This document shows positions 37,093 through 51,445 of a stretch of DNA of 64,000 bases, in pieces. The translations under genes were made by a program, and so were the position numbers. Under the pieces are notes generated by a model that saw nothing but the letters and a program-made list of their open reading frames with translations, was not told the DNA's origin and did not search any database. Origin of the DNA: Podarcis cretensis (taxonomy: Eukaryota); the NCBI GenBank assembly GCA_951804945.1, contig OX638159.1, positions 37,820,001 through 37,884,000 of the forward strand, given 5' to 3'. How positions within the stretch are numbered: the first letter of the stretch is position 1; each line of letters starts with the position of its first letter.

Positions 37093-40046
37093 CACAGTTT
37101 TTAAAGCAACTGGGATCCAGTGAATGGTCTAAGAGCATCTGGTAGTTGGAGTTTAGCTGAAACTAATCAGGTGTGAACCTGATTGATTTCATGGGAGACC
37201 ACTAAGAGCCCCATGTAACAGCACAATATTAGTGTAATAAATAATATTTTGTAAAAAGTGATTTAACAATCTAGAAAGCCTAAAATGACATTTACTGCCT
37301 TTGCACTTCAGTGTATGGGGGGAGGGGAATCTATCCTGCAGTTTTCACCTCTCCACTTTAAACAGTTGAACAGAAATATGTTGAAAATGTGCTAACCTAA
37401 GCCTTGAGACAATGCAGGAGCATGCCAGACTTAAGACCCACTGGGCAGACTTTCCTATCTTATTTGGCTAAGATTCTCCCATCCAAAACTGGACTTCCTG
37501 CCCCCATTCAATTGTACAATAAGATTTCCAGTTACAGCCCAGCCAGGTGGCCAGAAGGTCATATACTTTTGCTCAGCAGCACACCACTGCATAAGATTTC
37601 CTCTTGACCTTCGTGTACACTTCTCTAAGAATCCTGGAACTGAAAGTTGACAAATCCAGACTTGGTGGATCAAAGGAAAGGCAAATTCCACAGGACAGAC
37701 CTAGTTTCACAATCTTCCACCTTCTGCCCTGACTGCTAGCTTTTTATCTCTTCTAAAATGTTAACAAGGAGATACAGCCTCTAGTTAACTGAGAGTATTA
37801 GATGGAAGTTGAAAAGAAAGCTTGGTCTCTCAGGTAAAGGTGGATGAAAAATGCTACCACAACAATAAAAAGCAAATTATTTGGAACTTGCAACCAACAT
37901 ACTGATCAAGTCGTAAGCCATGAATATAAGGGAAGCCATATCTGTAACAAAATGTTTCATCCGATGCAACTGCCTCAAATTTCTAGGTATCCCAAGCAAC
38001 CCACCAGTTAAGAGTTTCACTGCTTGAATAGGATAGATAGCTTGAAGCTTTTCTCTCTCTCTACTGCCATCCTGCAATCCAATCAATCAATCGAGATTAA
38101 TAAAAATACATTAAAAAAGCAATCAAAGATTTTCTTGATTTACAAGGTATGTGCAATGTCTCTCTCTTGTATTTTCCCCCCATGTAACAATTTTTTTTTA
38201 CAAATCAATTTCATGAATCATCCATGTTGCATCTTCTACTTCAAACAAACCTATTCAATTATCTGTCTCTAAACTTAAAGAGAACAAATACTGGAGATAA
38301 ACTCAGGCAGAATCAGCTGAGAGTAAGGAAAGAGAATGAAATATGCAAAAGAAAAAGATGGATTCATGATATATCCTCTTAGGTTGGCAGGAATACACCA
38401 ATATATCAGAGCAAAGCATTAGAGAAGAAATTAAGGGGATGAAATCAGCAAGCATTTGCAGTTCTAACATCAGAGAACAGAAGCAGCACCCATGATCATA
38501 CAGGTATTATATGCACTCTTTACCAAATTAAAGAACAATAAAACCACATAATAATTTTAGTTTCCTGAAAACTGTACCTGACATAAAAAAGAAAGGTTTA
38601 ATCAAGATGACATTAGATAAAAAGGGGTGACAAACATAGCATCACATTGCATCTTGAGTGAAACTTCATAGGCATTTAAAATTCAAAACTTATACGAAGT
38701 ACTCCTGATGAATTTACACAGATATAAAAGAGCAAATTTTAACCAAAATTGATCTTAATTTAAGAGCAGACTATACATTTTCAAATATTCAATGATACAA
38801 TGTGCTAATAAGTACAAAGAAAAATAATTTTATCAGAATTTAGGAATAAAATCAGATGTCTTTAAGCATAGTAGGAATCAGAAAAGGTCCTGTTATTAGA
38901 ATAAAGAAATCAGGCTCTTCGCAGCATATGTAACCTACAAATGACCGCATTTTAACAGCTCCCTCTCTCATGAGGACCAGATAAAATCTCTCCATAGCTT
39001 CTTAATTGGTAAAATATTTAAACGGTCTGGAAAAAAGTCACTGGAAACTCTCTGGCATGGAGTTTAATCATTAACATTTGCAGACTCCGGCACTTAATTT
39101 TTAAACATTTTGAAGTCAGTGGTGCTTCTTCCTACTGGCAGTTTCTCTTTGAGAAATATTCTACAAAATGCACCAACTACTTCCCCACCCCCACAAAACA
39201 CACACACACAAATCTGAACTTCAATTCAACTGGGGAGGATGTAATTATCATTGAGAGACAGATTTTTGATTTTTTTAGACGTTCCTTAAGAGGTCAAATG
39301 GTGATTGAAATTGTCAACAATGAGGTATGTAGATTCTGCTGACAGTAATCAAGCAATTATCTTCAAAGGACAGGCTGCATATGAGCTTAGAACTGAACCA
39401 CCATTACCTATTTTTTCCTTTGGGTTTGTTTTAAGAGGTATGCCTGACCAAATGGTGAACTTGTGAAGTATTAAGAAAGCAGAAATAATATAACTGGTGT
39501 GAGGAAAGGTGTGGGGTGGTAGCACCAAACTGTCTCCATTTGGTCACTAAGACTCGTTGCTCCACATCTAAGGCATCCAACATATTGTGATGCCCCACCA
39601 CGAGCTGAGGCCAATTGCAGTTTGGTTCTTACTTTTCCAGAATTGACACCTTCAGTGACATTCCATTTGGTCATTATAATGATCATGCAAGAACTGGTAC
39701 TTGCATTTGCTTATTTTCCTTTTTCACCTCCTTTCAGATCTATCAGACAGTAAGCGGAGCAGAGCCTAGGTTGGGAGTAGACCTAGAGAGAACTCCACAG
39801 GGAGGGGCTCATTTGCAACACTTGGCCCCTACCTGGTCCACTTTCCCAGCCAGCAGGAGTGTTTGCCTATAGCAGTCTGATGCAAACCACTGTATTGGTG
39901 TGATTGGTGCCTGGCCACGTTAACATAAAAATCTAACTTTATATTTTTTTTACTTTCTAGAATGGGAAAACATATCCACTACCATAGACCTATACTTTTT
40001 CCACCCACAGATTATAAGATGGAATAGTACCTTCAAAAACCCAGTA

Positions 40047-40270
40047 CAGTGGTACCTCTGGTTATGAACGCTTCTGGTTATGAACGCTTCTGGTTACGAG
40101 CTCTGCTAATGCAGAAGTAGCTGCTCCTGGTTGCGAACTTTACCCCAGGATGTGAACGGAAATCGCGCGCCGGAGATCCCATTAGCAAAAGCGTGCCTCA
40201 GGATAAGAACGGTTTCAGCTTAAGAGCAGTCCTCCGGAACAAATTAAGTTCGTAACCAGAGGTACCACTG
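40047..40270. mobile_element. Tc1/mariner (Tigger-like) MITE
   Basis: TIR CAGTGGTACCTCTGGTTATGAAC / GTTCGTAACCAGAGGTACCACTG with TA on both sides. Confidence 0.9.
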
Positions 40271-42038
40271 TAATTCCAAATTTTGCTCCTTTAGAGCTAA
40301 TATTTCTTCATGATTTCCCAATGACTGGAGAAACAGTATATTTGTTTAATAGGGTAACTTGATGTTTAAAATGCCCTCTACAAAGAAAACACCTCATTTC
40401 AGAAAGATCATCATTACATACAAGCTGAGCATCAAACACAGCAGCTAATGAGCCCAATGAGATTGCTTCTAATGACTCATAATATGTTTTAACTGGTAAA
40501 CTGAAATATCACAGAGAACAGTGAGCCCACATTTCTTAAAATGGTATTTGTGAGGAAACATAGCTCAGTTTTTTTAGTGAAGATGAACAACTAAAGTTTC
40601 AAACGGTTAGGATAACAGACCTCTGAGTCAGGGAGCTGTACCAAGAGACATGCATTTCCAGGTCAAAGGATGAGTGAGGGAGCATAAATCTGACATTCGT
40701 TTTATTTTGAATTGATGACAGGTATTCATAGATGTCAGTAAACATTAGAACAGAAAAGTTAGAAGTTTCTACCCTGAAGTTACCTTGAGTAGATTCATGC
40801 TTTCAGAAAGGTATTTTTACATTAAAATGCTTGGACTTGGGAACTAAGAGAAATAAACACTGGATATTTAATTAAATCCAAGGATGAAATCAGTTAAACA
40901 AATTATTTGGAACCACAAAGATGAGCCTGTTGAAGAGAAGGCTTGTATATGTTACAGAGTCTGACATGTTCAACATTTGGTGAATGTCAACCATTATGTC
41001 AATATTTACAGTTCTAGACCAATTTTCTAAGTCTCTGAAAACTCAGGGTTATACTAAACTAGTGAATGATGACAGCCACTTGTGTATTTCTGAGAAGTGT
41101 GTCATATTCAGACAAATCCAAAATCCAAAATGAAGCAGTGAAGGGTATCTGAGAAGAAGTGCCACAGATATGTGCAGAGGTTTTGGAATGTTTATGAACC
41201 GTATTCTTCAACCACAGAATCTTCCTTTATGATCTATTATGAGGCATACTCTTTTTACAGATCTATTGATTTTAGACTTGCATATAACATATCCTACATT
41301 GCAGAGGGTTGGACTAGATGACCCTTGGGATCCCTTCCAACACTACAATTCTATGATTCTATACGGAGACGCAGAAATATTGTTTTTCAAAAACTGTCAG
41401 CATGCTTGGAAAATGCAGCATAACATTCTAAAATATTTTAAGGAATATTGGTCGATCTATGTTAAAATCTAGTTTATGAACCACAAAATCTAGTACAATA
41501 CTGTATTGTAGTTCAACAGCAATGTTTAAAGTACAGGATAGTACTCCTTTTGACATCATAGTGATTAATCACATCCAAAGGTGTCTGACAATACAATCTA
41601 CACACGTCTCCTCAGAAATAACTGCCACCAAGTTCAATGAGGCTTACTTCCAAGTAAGTGGGAACAGAATTGCAGCCTAAAGCAATTTATTCTACAGAAG
41701 CAGCTGTAACAGATTTGACAAAATCATGCTGAGGCAGTTCCCACTAACTGTATAACTCTATACTCTAAAACTACCACAGGTTAACTTGTGGGGTTTTGTG
41801 TGAGATAAAACTTTGATATTTGGATACTCAGGCAAAAGTTGAGGAAATACGAAAGATTCATTTGACAGAACAAAGTTGGTAAACAAATGATGTATCAAGA
41901 GATAGATATTTTAGGAAACAGGTAACTAATTAATAATTGTATTAAATCCAGTGGTTGCTACAGGCTTCTAAGATGGTAGTAAACACACAGCTTCTTGTAA
42001 ACTTCAATTGGTTGTTTAGTTATTACTCTTCAGTTAGA

Positions 42039-42680
42039 TGTTACAGGACTAGTTGGTAAATGCCTAGCTTATTTTGAGTTATTACTTCAGTTTCTTAAAC
42101 TTAAGTATTAAGCTGTAACACCTCAATAACTAATACTTTGGTTCTCAAACAAGGTGGTACTTTCTGGCAGTTTCCCCACCTTCTAACAGTCACACCCCTG
42201 AGGTACTTCTAGCAGTGTAACGGAATCAAGGGATCACCACACCCCCTCTTAACTGGTTTCAGATTCTTCTCTTGCTAGATCACTGGCTCCTCACAGCTCT
42301 GCTTCTCCTTGCTCAAACTCAGCCCTCCAGTTGACCCCTGTTTGAATACTCTCACAAGGCACTACACCATCTTTGCATCCAAGCTCAGAGACTCCTTTCT
42401 CTAGCTGCAGATATTTTCCTCAAAGTAGATGTTACACACAGAACCAACTCATTCAGCGCTCTGCCTCCAGCTCTCTCTCAAACCACCTTAAAACCATCTG
42501 AATACTCTCTCAGAAACTGCTTCTTTTTATTTTCCTTCTCAAAATGCTGTCTCCACCCACACCCACACCCCTTCTAGCTATCTGCCTTGGTAGCCCATCA
42601 GGGAGAGAGGCTCCAGCACATTGGTGGAATTCTGAGGCATTGCATCACTGGACTCTAGTCTAGCTCAGCTGTCCGTCACA
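42039..42680 (-). mobile_element. Probable degenerate solo LTR
   Basis: TGTTACAGGAC...GTCCGTCACA ends; strong C/T strand skew; minus-strand ATAAAAAG near 42525. No convincing TSD; left end uncertain. Confidence 0.4.
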
Positions 42681-43641
42681 CATGCCCCAACAGAATGGTT
42701 CCATTCAAATTCATCCAGCCATCATCATTAGTTTCCAAATACCTTTCCTTATCCATTGTCTCCAGTGAACACTCACTCCCCATTGGATTAATTATGCTTT
42801 ATGCCCAATTTAACAGGATCGCAGCAAACTAAAGAGCTGGTGGCAAAAGTCAAAACCCAGATTCACTATGTCACAGCAAGAATGTACTCTAGACACAGAA
42901 CATTACAGCAACTGGTGCATTTACAATGTACGTTGAGTGTGGAATGGGATGATTTTTTAACAGGTGAAAGGGAAGCAGTGGTGGCAGTGAAAGGAAAAAT
43001 TGTAATTGCCCATAAAAAATATCCACACAGGGTACATCTATATATATAAAGAAGTTGTTTATCTTTCACTTGCTTGGTAAACACTATTGCAGTGTTTTGA
43101 TGGAATCACTTGTGTGCAAATTAAATAAGTATTCTTACATGCAAATTAAATAAAAAACAAAAAAGTATAGTAGATTAAAAATACAGTAGGAGTTACCTAA
43201 ATACTTGTAAACTCGGTTATCTGAAATTATAATAAGGATTTTTAACAGCAAAAAATAAAGAAACCCAAGGGAATAATCATATTTTATATATTTCCAGTGC
43301 CAAAATCTGTGTCCAAGAACTTCTTAATAATTTAAGGGAGCTACTGCCATCTTCAGGAAATTCTATATGAAATTAACAGCAAATTATTAACTGTTTAAAA
43401 TTCTGGATGTAGAATTAGTATATGATACCATGGGGAAAGTGCAAAATGTTTAAATGTTGTTTTCATTTATTTTGTAGATATCCCAGAACATTGCTTATGA
43501 ATCATGCTTAAATAAAAGTAAGTAGTTGTCTCATCCACTTTTCATTGTCTTTCACCAGGACAAATTAATGGCTGTGATCACACCCAACCCTCAGGGCATG
43601 GTTCATTTAACCCTGTTACGGTTTTGAATATCTGAACCTTC

Positions 43642-44170
43642 TGTGGCGATCACACAGAGTCCCTGGACATTTCACTGTCTATTGATCCCTGTACCACCAC
43701 TTTATTTCTCACTGCCACCACCCAGGCCCTACCTGGTACAATATTGAGTCCAGTCAGGGTTAAATTGGAACATAAACTTCTGTTTATTTATTGCAGTTTA
43801 ACAAGCGTGTGGTTTCATAAACGGTATCAGTGAATTACATTCATGGGGGGTCTATCCAGACCTATAACTTCCGCTACCTGCTCTCACTCACTAAACCACC
43901 TCTCAGATATTTACTTGTCTTCCTAGCCCCTAACTGTTCCTGACTCAGCTTATTTCGCTACACTAACCCAACCTACCCACCAACAAACTCTATCCCAATT
44001 CACTCCCACACCAACCAACCACACAACTTCCACCAAACTCTTCAATGAACTCTCCCCTTTGCCCCTCCCAGAGCTAGTTTTATAATCCCTCTGACTCCAC
44101 CCCCCTGGGTCCTGATTGGGTAACCTGTTTAACTATTTCACCTCCAGCACTCTCATATGTTAATGTCACA
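43642..44170 (-). mobile_element. Probable solo LTR (about 529 bp)
   Basis: TGTG...CACA ends; near-TSD CCTTC/CCTGC; minus-strand TATAAA at about 44084 upstream of AATAAA at about 43788. Confidence 0.55.
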
Positions 44171-44829
44171 CCTGCTGCTGGCAACTAATCATGTTTATTT
44201 TCAGGCAACTAATCATAAATTGAAACTATGGTTTGTTGCTTGCTTACAAATCTTAGCTTGTTTTATAAGTGATACGTCATTATATCCAGTCCCAGAACTC
44301 CTGTTTAATTTTGGTTTGTATCAGCACCCCAGCCATTTTATAGCACAGAGGTATAAGACAAAAGCACCTGGAAAATGGAATCATGGCTAAACAACAATTG
44401 ATGTTTTTCTATAGATGGGAATAATTTCTTCACATTCTGACTCACAACAGAGGAAAATATGCTGTTTTCCTCTGCTTTTTAAAATGTTTTTATGTATCCT
44501 CTTTCTTTTTCTTATTTAACTTTAACTCACTAATATAAATCTCAAAATGTTAGAAAAAACAAAAAACAAGAGACTTTCCCCACCACCCAACTCTTCCATG
44601 GGAAGGCCTTCTTCTCAAGCTACCTCACTTAGTTTCACAGCTGTTTTATAGGGAGAAGACATTTAAAGGAGCCTCTCTGCTACCTTATGAAAAATTCCGC
44701 AGGGTGGAATTTTGAAAGTATAACTAACTTAACTTTCAGCTACCTACTCTGATTGTTATACTTGCTTACTGACATTTTCTACTTCATATTTAAGTTATTC
44801 TCCCTGGTTTACTGTTGGGAAATTTTAAC

Positions 44830-44971
44830 CTGTGAGTGCAAGACACCTCACTTAGCTGTGCAACAATGACTGGGAGAGCTATCCCTTTGATTCCACAAAT
44901 TCAACATTTTGGTCAGCAAATAACTTGTTTTTTCAAAAAAAAAAAAAAAAAAGGAGATTCAGGCAGGAGTC
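44830..44971 (-). other. Candidate 5' exon of the minus-strand host gene
   Basis: Strong acceptor TATTTTTTGTCTGCAG|G at 44972/44971. Donor uncertain: TAA|GTGAGG after 44852 or CAG|GTTAAA after 44830. Internal ATG at 44907. Confidence 0.35.
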
Positions 44972-46611
44972 CTGCAGACAAAAAATATTTTATTCCACTG
45001 CAGTAGAGGGAAAAGTTTAAGAATTTCTGATCTCAAGACACTGTTGGGTGTGTCTGGGCAGGAGATACAGAGGGAAACTGAAAATCTCTGAGGACAATTC
45101 CTCACACTATTTGTACAGTCTGCCAATAATAAGGGAGCTGGTAATACAGTGTGGCAATAACTGTACAGGAATGCTAGAAAAGCCTAAAAGGAAACCACAA
45201 TCAGATTACCAGTGTTCCTCTGCTCATCTGCAAAACTGTTCATAGCTTGTTCAACAAACTATGACTAAACATTAAGTGGAACATGGCAAATGTATGGTCT
45301 TATACTATATCCAGCCTATCTCTGCCCTTTTTCAAGATTCCAAAAGGAGTTTATTGTTTCATAGCTGGGCTTGCATTCACAAATGTCTAGAGTCAGCATT
45401 AAATGTAAGCCCTGCCACTTTCCAGCAGGCCCAGATTCACCAGGCATCAAATGACTTTGGGTGATAGACCTGCCCACCTGTCAACAGTTGCCTGTGGTGA
45501 GGTGGGCGGGAGTTTTGTTCTGACTAACCAGACAAATGCAGTCCTCCACCCCTGCTCTACAAAGAAGAACATGCATGCAAATAATATGCAACAGCATTCC
45601 ATTGTCTCCCTTGCCTGGAAGAGTAGGTGTGGGGCAAGCAAACCAGGACTGCTCATCTGAAAGACTGACCATGGCTTGTTCAACAAACAATGGTTAAAAG
45701 AAGCTTTGCAACCTTCTTAACTTCCCCCTTGAAACTCAGCTATGCTCTTCATGAAAAACAGAATAGTAAGAGGGGGGTCGTTTTAGGTAAGTAGTAAGCC
45801 TTCAATAAGAGAGAAAATCAAAGATGCAATCAGATCAGAATGACAATGATCATGGCTCAACACAATACTATTTTCATGATCTAATTTGGCTGTCTTTGGG
45901 ATTTCTAAAAAGAAAACATTGTAATTTTCAGCAGACATTGACTAACAGGAGCTTAAAACTACAAAGAAAACAAATTGAAGGCTTTGGGCTCAGTAAATCC
46001 GAAAATGTGTGTATATCTCTGAGTAAATCACTAGCTCTTCAGAGGCATCTTTGCAATTTCTGCAACTTAGATATACAAAAAGAAAAGGCATTTCTTCAGC
46101 ACAATGTATTGCATCAACTTGCATCGATCAAGTTGATCAAGTTAGCACTTGTTCTAACTTGGAACTCACAAAAGCTCTCAGAATTGTCTTCTGAAGAAAT
46201 TACGGTATATAAGAATTTACCTTTTCAGTAACAGAAAGTTTCTAGATCATTCCACATGATGTATCTGTATTGCGGTTTTATGAAACATAATTCAACCTAT
46301 GATGCACAACACCTGTAAAAGTGCTTGACCCAGCCCTCCAATATGAGCAAAACCACCATAACAATGTGTCTCCTATTCTCAATAACCCACAGAGCATGAC
46401 AATCAATGGTATCAAAATAATCTGAGTCTCACTCCTCTTGCCTCTCTTCATTAAAGAAGGTAAGCAATCAACAGATCCAATATTGTGTTAGTGTCAAACC
46501 CTAGCCTGGAGCCAGACTGAAATGGGTACAGACAATCAATTCTCAAGGTATTTATCCCAAAAGGTATATTTGCAACTAGGTAACGGTTGTTGCATTCTAC
46601 AGAGTCAAGTA

Positions 46612-46975
46612 CCATATTTTTCGCTCTATAACACGCACCAGACCATAACACGCACGTAGTTTTTAGAGGAGGAAAACAAGAAAAAAAATATTCTAAACAA
46701 AATAGTGGATATATGATTTTTGTGATTCATGCTGTGGCCACAGACATGTGATCTGACAGTGAGTTTGGAGTAGCCCAATGCAAAAATCCTGAGGATCCAT
46801 GTGGATCCATGCTTTGTAACCACGGAGGAGGGAAGGAAGGGGAACCATGGATCCTCTGCTCACAACTGCAGCAGACCCCCCCGCCACCCGCAGGCATTCG
46901 CTCCATAACACGCACAGACATTTCCCCTTACTTTCTAGGAGGAAAAAAGTGAGTGTTATGGTGCAAAAAATACGG
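46612..46975. mobile_element. Tc2/pogo-like MITE
   Basis: TIR CC(A/G)TATTTTT.GC.C.ATAACAC at both ends; TA TSD. Confidence 0.85.
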
Positions 46976-47316
46976 TAAGTGTTTCTTCAGGATTGGGCTC
47001 ACCGCTGCCTCCTTCAGAACGGCCTGAACCATTTTCTCTCTTAAAGAGGCATTGGTCACATCCTGGACTTACCTAATTATTTCACTTCAGCTTGACAAAA
47101 GTTGCCAAGATAGGAAAGGCTCAAGAATACTGGTGGTAAGCTGAACCTCTCCAAACACCTTATCCACATTCTCAGGCTGAAATTAATTCCATCTAGCCTA
47201 AACTGTTCCCAGCTAACCAGGCTAGATTATTCTCTCCAGAAGAGCTGTAACAATGATGGATTCATCTTCACAATGGAGCAACTAGAAGACCACTGTTTTC
47301 TGGCCAGGTATAACTT

Positions 47317-48010
47317 GTCAAATCAAATCCCTTTATTGGCATCACAGTATAAAACTTTTCAGGTCACTGGGATAATTAAAAGGACAAGAGTGAAGCTGTT
47401 GAGGATCATAAGGTCATACTGTGATCGTGTGCACTTAGATATTCTGCTTCGCCCTGTCAGTTTCCTGAAAGGATGGTTTGTTGGGAACCTTTTTGGGTAA
47501 AATTGTGGCTAATAAGGAAGCTTCTAAAGCAGTGATATCTTTGTCCCGATCTGCCAGGAGAAACCTCATTTGACTTCTCAGAGTTCTAGGCCAGAGGTCC
47601 AACATTTTGCTCAGCTTCAGTTGGTGAGGTCTACTGTGTAGAGAGCAATCTAAGAGAATGTGGTCCATTGAATCAGGTACTTCTTGGTTGCAGGCACACA
47701 GACAGGCTTGATATGAGGTATATGAGAATCTACCTTTGGTCACTGCAGAAGGGAAAGCATTTAATCTCGCGAGCATAAAGGCTCTTCAGTGGGAAGGGAG
47801 TAGTAGATATTTGGCACAGATTCTGTAGGGTGTTGTAATACCTAAGGCCTCAGGAGAACAGGATCTCAGAGTATGAGGTAACAAGCGCAGTCTTTCGTGG
47901 TTGTAGAGACACCGCTTGTAATGAACTCATGCTGGGACTTTAACAAAATTTTGGTCATTGGACCTATCTTGAAGGAATTGCATTTTCTCAGTTATGTATG
48001 AAGACTATGC
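47317..48010 (-). mobile_element. Degenerate non-LTR retrotransposon 3' end (probably RTE-X-like)
   Basis: ORF 47435-47776 LARLNAFPSAV..GRF..CLCAC...DSMDHILLDC has a Cys/His C-terminal motif. Ends in AATAAAGGGA(TTTGA)n. Clade assignment is from memory; right end approximate. Confidence 0.6.
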
Positions 48011-49044
48011 TAGTTCCTAAAAAATGGTCATTCTGAACACTGGCTGTATAACTGCAACAGTTCGCTGGTGGCTGCATCCCATGCTTCCTCTTACCTTGTT
48101 CCTTAGGCTTGGAGCTGCTTAGATCTGTTTTCTGTATAGAAACAATCTTAAGTGCCATGAAAATGAAACATGGGGAAGTACATCACATAGCTTTTTCCAA
48201 GAGCCAAACATGTAGATCAAAGCTCTAGAAGTGGATCCAGATGTCATGGATCTTCTTTCAACAATGTTATAGTGTCTAAAAATGCTTTCAGTCAGGCTGG
48301 CAGATTGCCTGTGTAACTTCCACAGAGCTCCTGGTAGCCATATCCCAAGCTTTTTATTCATGCTCCAGTCTTGGTTTTGGCTAGTAATTTTGTTCTGTAA
48401 TTGGGGAGCACAGAACCAGGGTAGAAGAACACTGTGATATGTTCAGGTGCTGCAATTTGGCATGTACGCTATCCTGGAGCCAATTGCCCTGGCTGGGTTC
48501 AGAATTTCTCACTAAATGCCACCAACAGGTCTTATGTGGATCTGACCTAGACCATATCCATACCACAAGCATTAGTTTCTTCATTCTCAAGGGCTTGAAA
48601 AACCTGGTTCCCAAGGGATACCATGGTGCAGATGCAAGCTCCCAATTTGCCAGTGAATTAGCTACTTACAGCTACATGGAGAATGTTCATGTCTTCTAGA
48701 AACAAATGAGATTCAGTTTCTTGTCACTAGGTTTTATTGGCTACCAAGAACATTAACTCTTGACTGACTGCACTTCTTATGTATATTAGATGGTTGCCTT
48801 ATCTGTGCAACAGTGCACAGGAAAGTACATTGCTATGGTATCACTTTTTAATTGTGACTTTTCAAGTTCTGGCTTTTTCTTTGCATGCCATATTTCTTTT
48901 ATTCCTGAGTCCTGTCTTGGTTTCCAATAAATCTTCACATGTGTTTCTTCAACGGATGAATCTCTTTCTAAGTTAACCACTACCTTGATCCAAACTCCAT
49001 GTCCTTTTTTGGACCTCATGTTTGCAGACATTCCTCTTCACCTG

Positions 49045-49190
49045 TTTTTATTTATTTACATTTACACTCCGCCTTTCTTCCATCATGGAAGCAAGGTGGT
49101 GTACATGTGGTTCTCCAATTGTCACCCTCTCAAGCAATGACTACACCCCAAGCTGCTTAGCTTCAGCAAGGTAGTGGCTCCATGTACCTT
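49045..49190 (-). mobile_element. Degenerate 5S rRNA-derived SINE
   Basis: Minus strand GAAGCTAAGCAG...GCTTGAGAGGGTGAC resembles the 5S internal promoter region; (TAAA)n tail. A related plus-strand remnant lies at about 37157-37217. Confidence 0.45.
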
Positions 49191-50968
49191 CAAACCACGT
49201 CCTAGGACCTGGATGTGAATGTCAGTCCCTGCCAGTGGTTTCAGCATCTGTTGTGTTCAAAATGTTCTAGAGTCTTTGACTATGAGGATCGCTACAAATC
49301 CCAATAAAGCAAGCACCAAGCAGGTTCCAGCCATTCATCACAAACACTCTATTTTGTGTAACTGTGTCAAGAAAGTAATGAGAATTTGGCACAAGAATAA
49401 AGCAGTACACCCTTCAAGCGACCCAAAAAGGATAAAAGGAAGTAAATACAGAGTCAATAATATCTCACACTTATCTCCACCTTCTGGCCATATGCAACTG
49501 GAGGAAGACACAGATAATAAAAGCATGTGTTTTACAATTCACTTCCCCATAAAACTGAGAGGCTGTTTCCCCCTGCTTGCTCTTCCAAAAGCCTCTTGGT
49601 TTGTTTCTAGATAGGTATGACATACCAAGTCTTATATGCTAGCATACCCTTTAATGAATTAACCAAAAGGAAAATTCATATGCATTCAGTGATACTGCAA
49701 GAAGTGGCACGGCTGTTAAGGAATGGGTCACCCATAGCTGTCTACTTAAGGCTGAATGAAACCAGTTCTGTTAATTTACAGAAGGCATGGCTATGATTAC
49801 ATTAAGGCATATTCACCAGATCAACATACAAAGTAACCATCTCAGCTACATTTCAGGCTAGAAAAAGGTTTTCACTACACCTGTCCTAATTATGGCCACA
49901 ATGAAAAACTGGGATAAACTGCAGTAAACTTCCGAATGGGCCATTTATGTGAAGATGTTACAATATAATTGCTGTTGAAAGTCAAAATTAAAGTTAAAAT
50001 GAACTATACTTATTTGAGGCTCATCAATGTTAAAGGTGTAACTTACACCTGTAATTCATTCCTGGGACATTTTGTGTTGTGAAATGAAAAGATGCAATGA
50101 GTAAATATGAAAGGAGTGTTCAATAAATAAACATCTTCCTCTGTATACATATTGCCTCCTGTGTTGTAGCTGGAATTTCACACATCAATGAATATTAATA
50201 ATGCTATGAATGTTAATAATTAATGTTTGTAATGCTACACACAGTCGCCCTTCAACTGAACTTTGATAAAGTTTTCCTGTTTTTCTGGATTTATCTCCAA
50301 CAGTGACAAAGGATTACTAGAAATCACGGCACTTCCTACCAAACAAAGATTATATCCTCATGGGAAGCTATCCTGCTCTTGAAGCATTTTTGTGCCTAGT
50401 GAAAATTGTGACATTATACCTTGAAGGCAGGCAAAGATGAAATATGCAGGGGAAACAAATGCCCTAATTGTGACTTGGGTCATTGCATTAAGTTGGTTCA
50501 TAATCCTCATGGATGTGTGTATGTCACAGTTCCTACTAGCAGGGCTTTTTTTCAGCCAGAACTTACCCAAACTCAGTTACAGCACCTATCAGGTGGGCGC
50601 CATTACCATTATATGAGAACAAGGGAGGTGTTCATGGTGGGTTGCAGCATCTCTTTTTCTCGAAAAATAGCACTATTTACTAATACAGAATAGGGAGTGC
50701 CCCATCCACTTTTCACTGAGGTCCCATCCAAGGCTGGCCAAAGGCATTTTGTTGCCTGAAGCAAATGGTGAGAAGTCACCTCCTTCCAGTCCCACCTGTC
50801 CCTGTCCCCTACGAGTTTGAAGCCCCACCTCCACCAATATTACTCCTAAGAAAATGGAAGAAAATGAAAATGATTATCCCTACTTTAACTCATGCTACTA
50901 TAAAAACATGAATGAAAAGTGTGCAGGCAAATGCCTATTGAAATCTCAGAAGCCAGAAAGGGTGACTT

Positions 50969-51249
50969 CAGGGGTGGAAGAAGGGGGTGTGGTGGGTGTG
51001 GACCACCCCGGGTGTCACCACTGAGGGGGGCGACAAAATGCCGGGCGGCACTCAATGCAGCGCACCTGAGCCACTCATCTCTCCTGGGAGAGACGCGGTG
51101 GTTTGGGTGTGTGCAGCCTCTGCGCTGTCCAAACAGTCCACCCGCTGCCTCCCCTCCAGCTGTAGGGCGGCTGAGGAGGAGGCAGGCAGACTCCGGAGGC
51201 CCCACGGTGCACCCCGCTCTCACCCCTGTGGGCGGCTCCTCCGCCGCTG
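50969..51249. mobile_element. hAT-type MITE, GC-rich
   Basis: Imperfect TIR CAG(G/C)GG(T/C)GGA; perfect 8-bp TSD GGTGACTT at 50961-50968 and 51250-51257. Confidence 0.85.
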
Positions 51250-51413
51250 GGTGACTTAAACAGTAATTGTGAATATCACTTTAGAGCGCTACATTGACCA
51301 CCCACATTGAGCAAAATCAAAACAAATTGTGCAAAATGGCAAATGCTGGAGAATTATGCAAAATAAGAAAAATGTGTACATTTCCCCAATGTTTATTATT
51401 TAAAAGGACACAT

Positions 51414-51445
51414 TAGGTAGGTAGGTAGGTAGGTAGGTAGGTAGA
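51414..51445. repeat. (TAGG)n microsatellite
   Basis: Seen directly. Confidence 0.9.

Noticed and set aside
48030-49030. Possible further decayed LINE or retrocopy sequence
   Set aside because: Coding-like texture, but I could not assign any motif with confidence.
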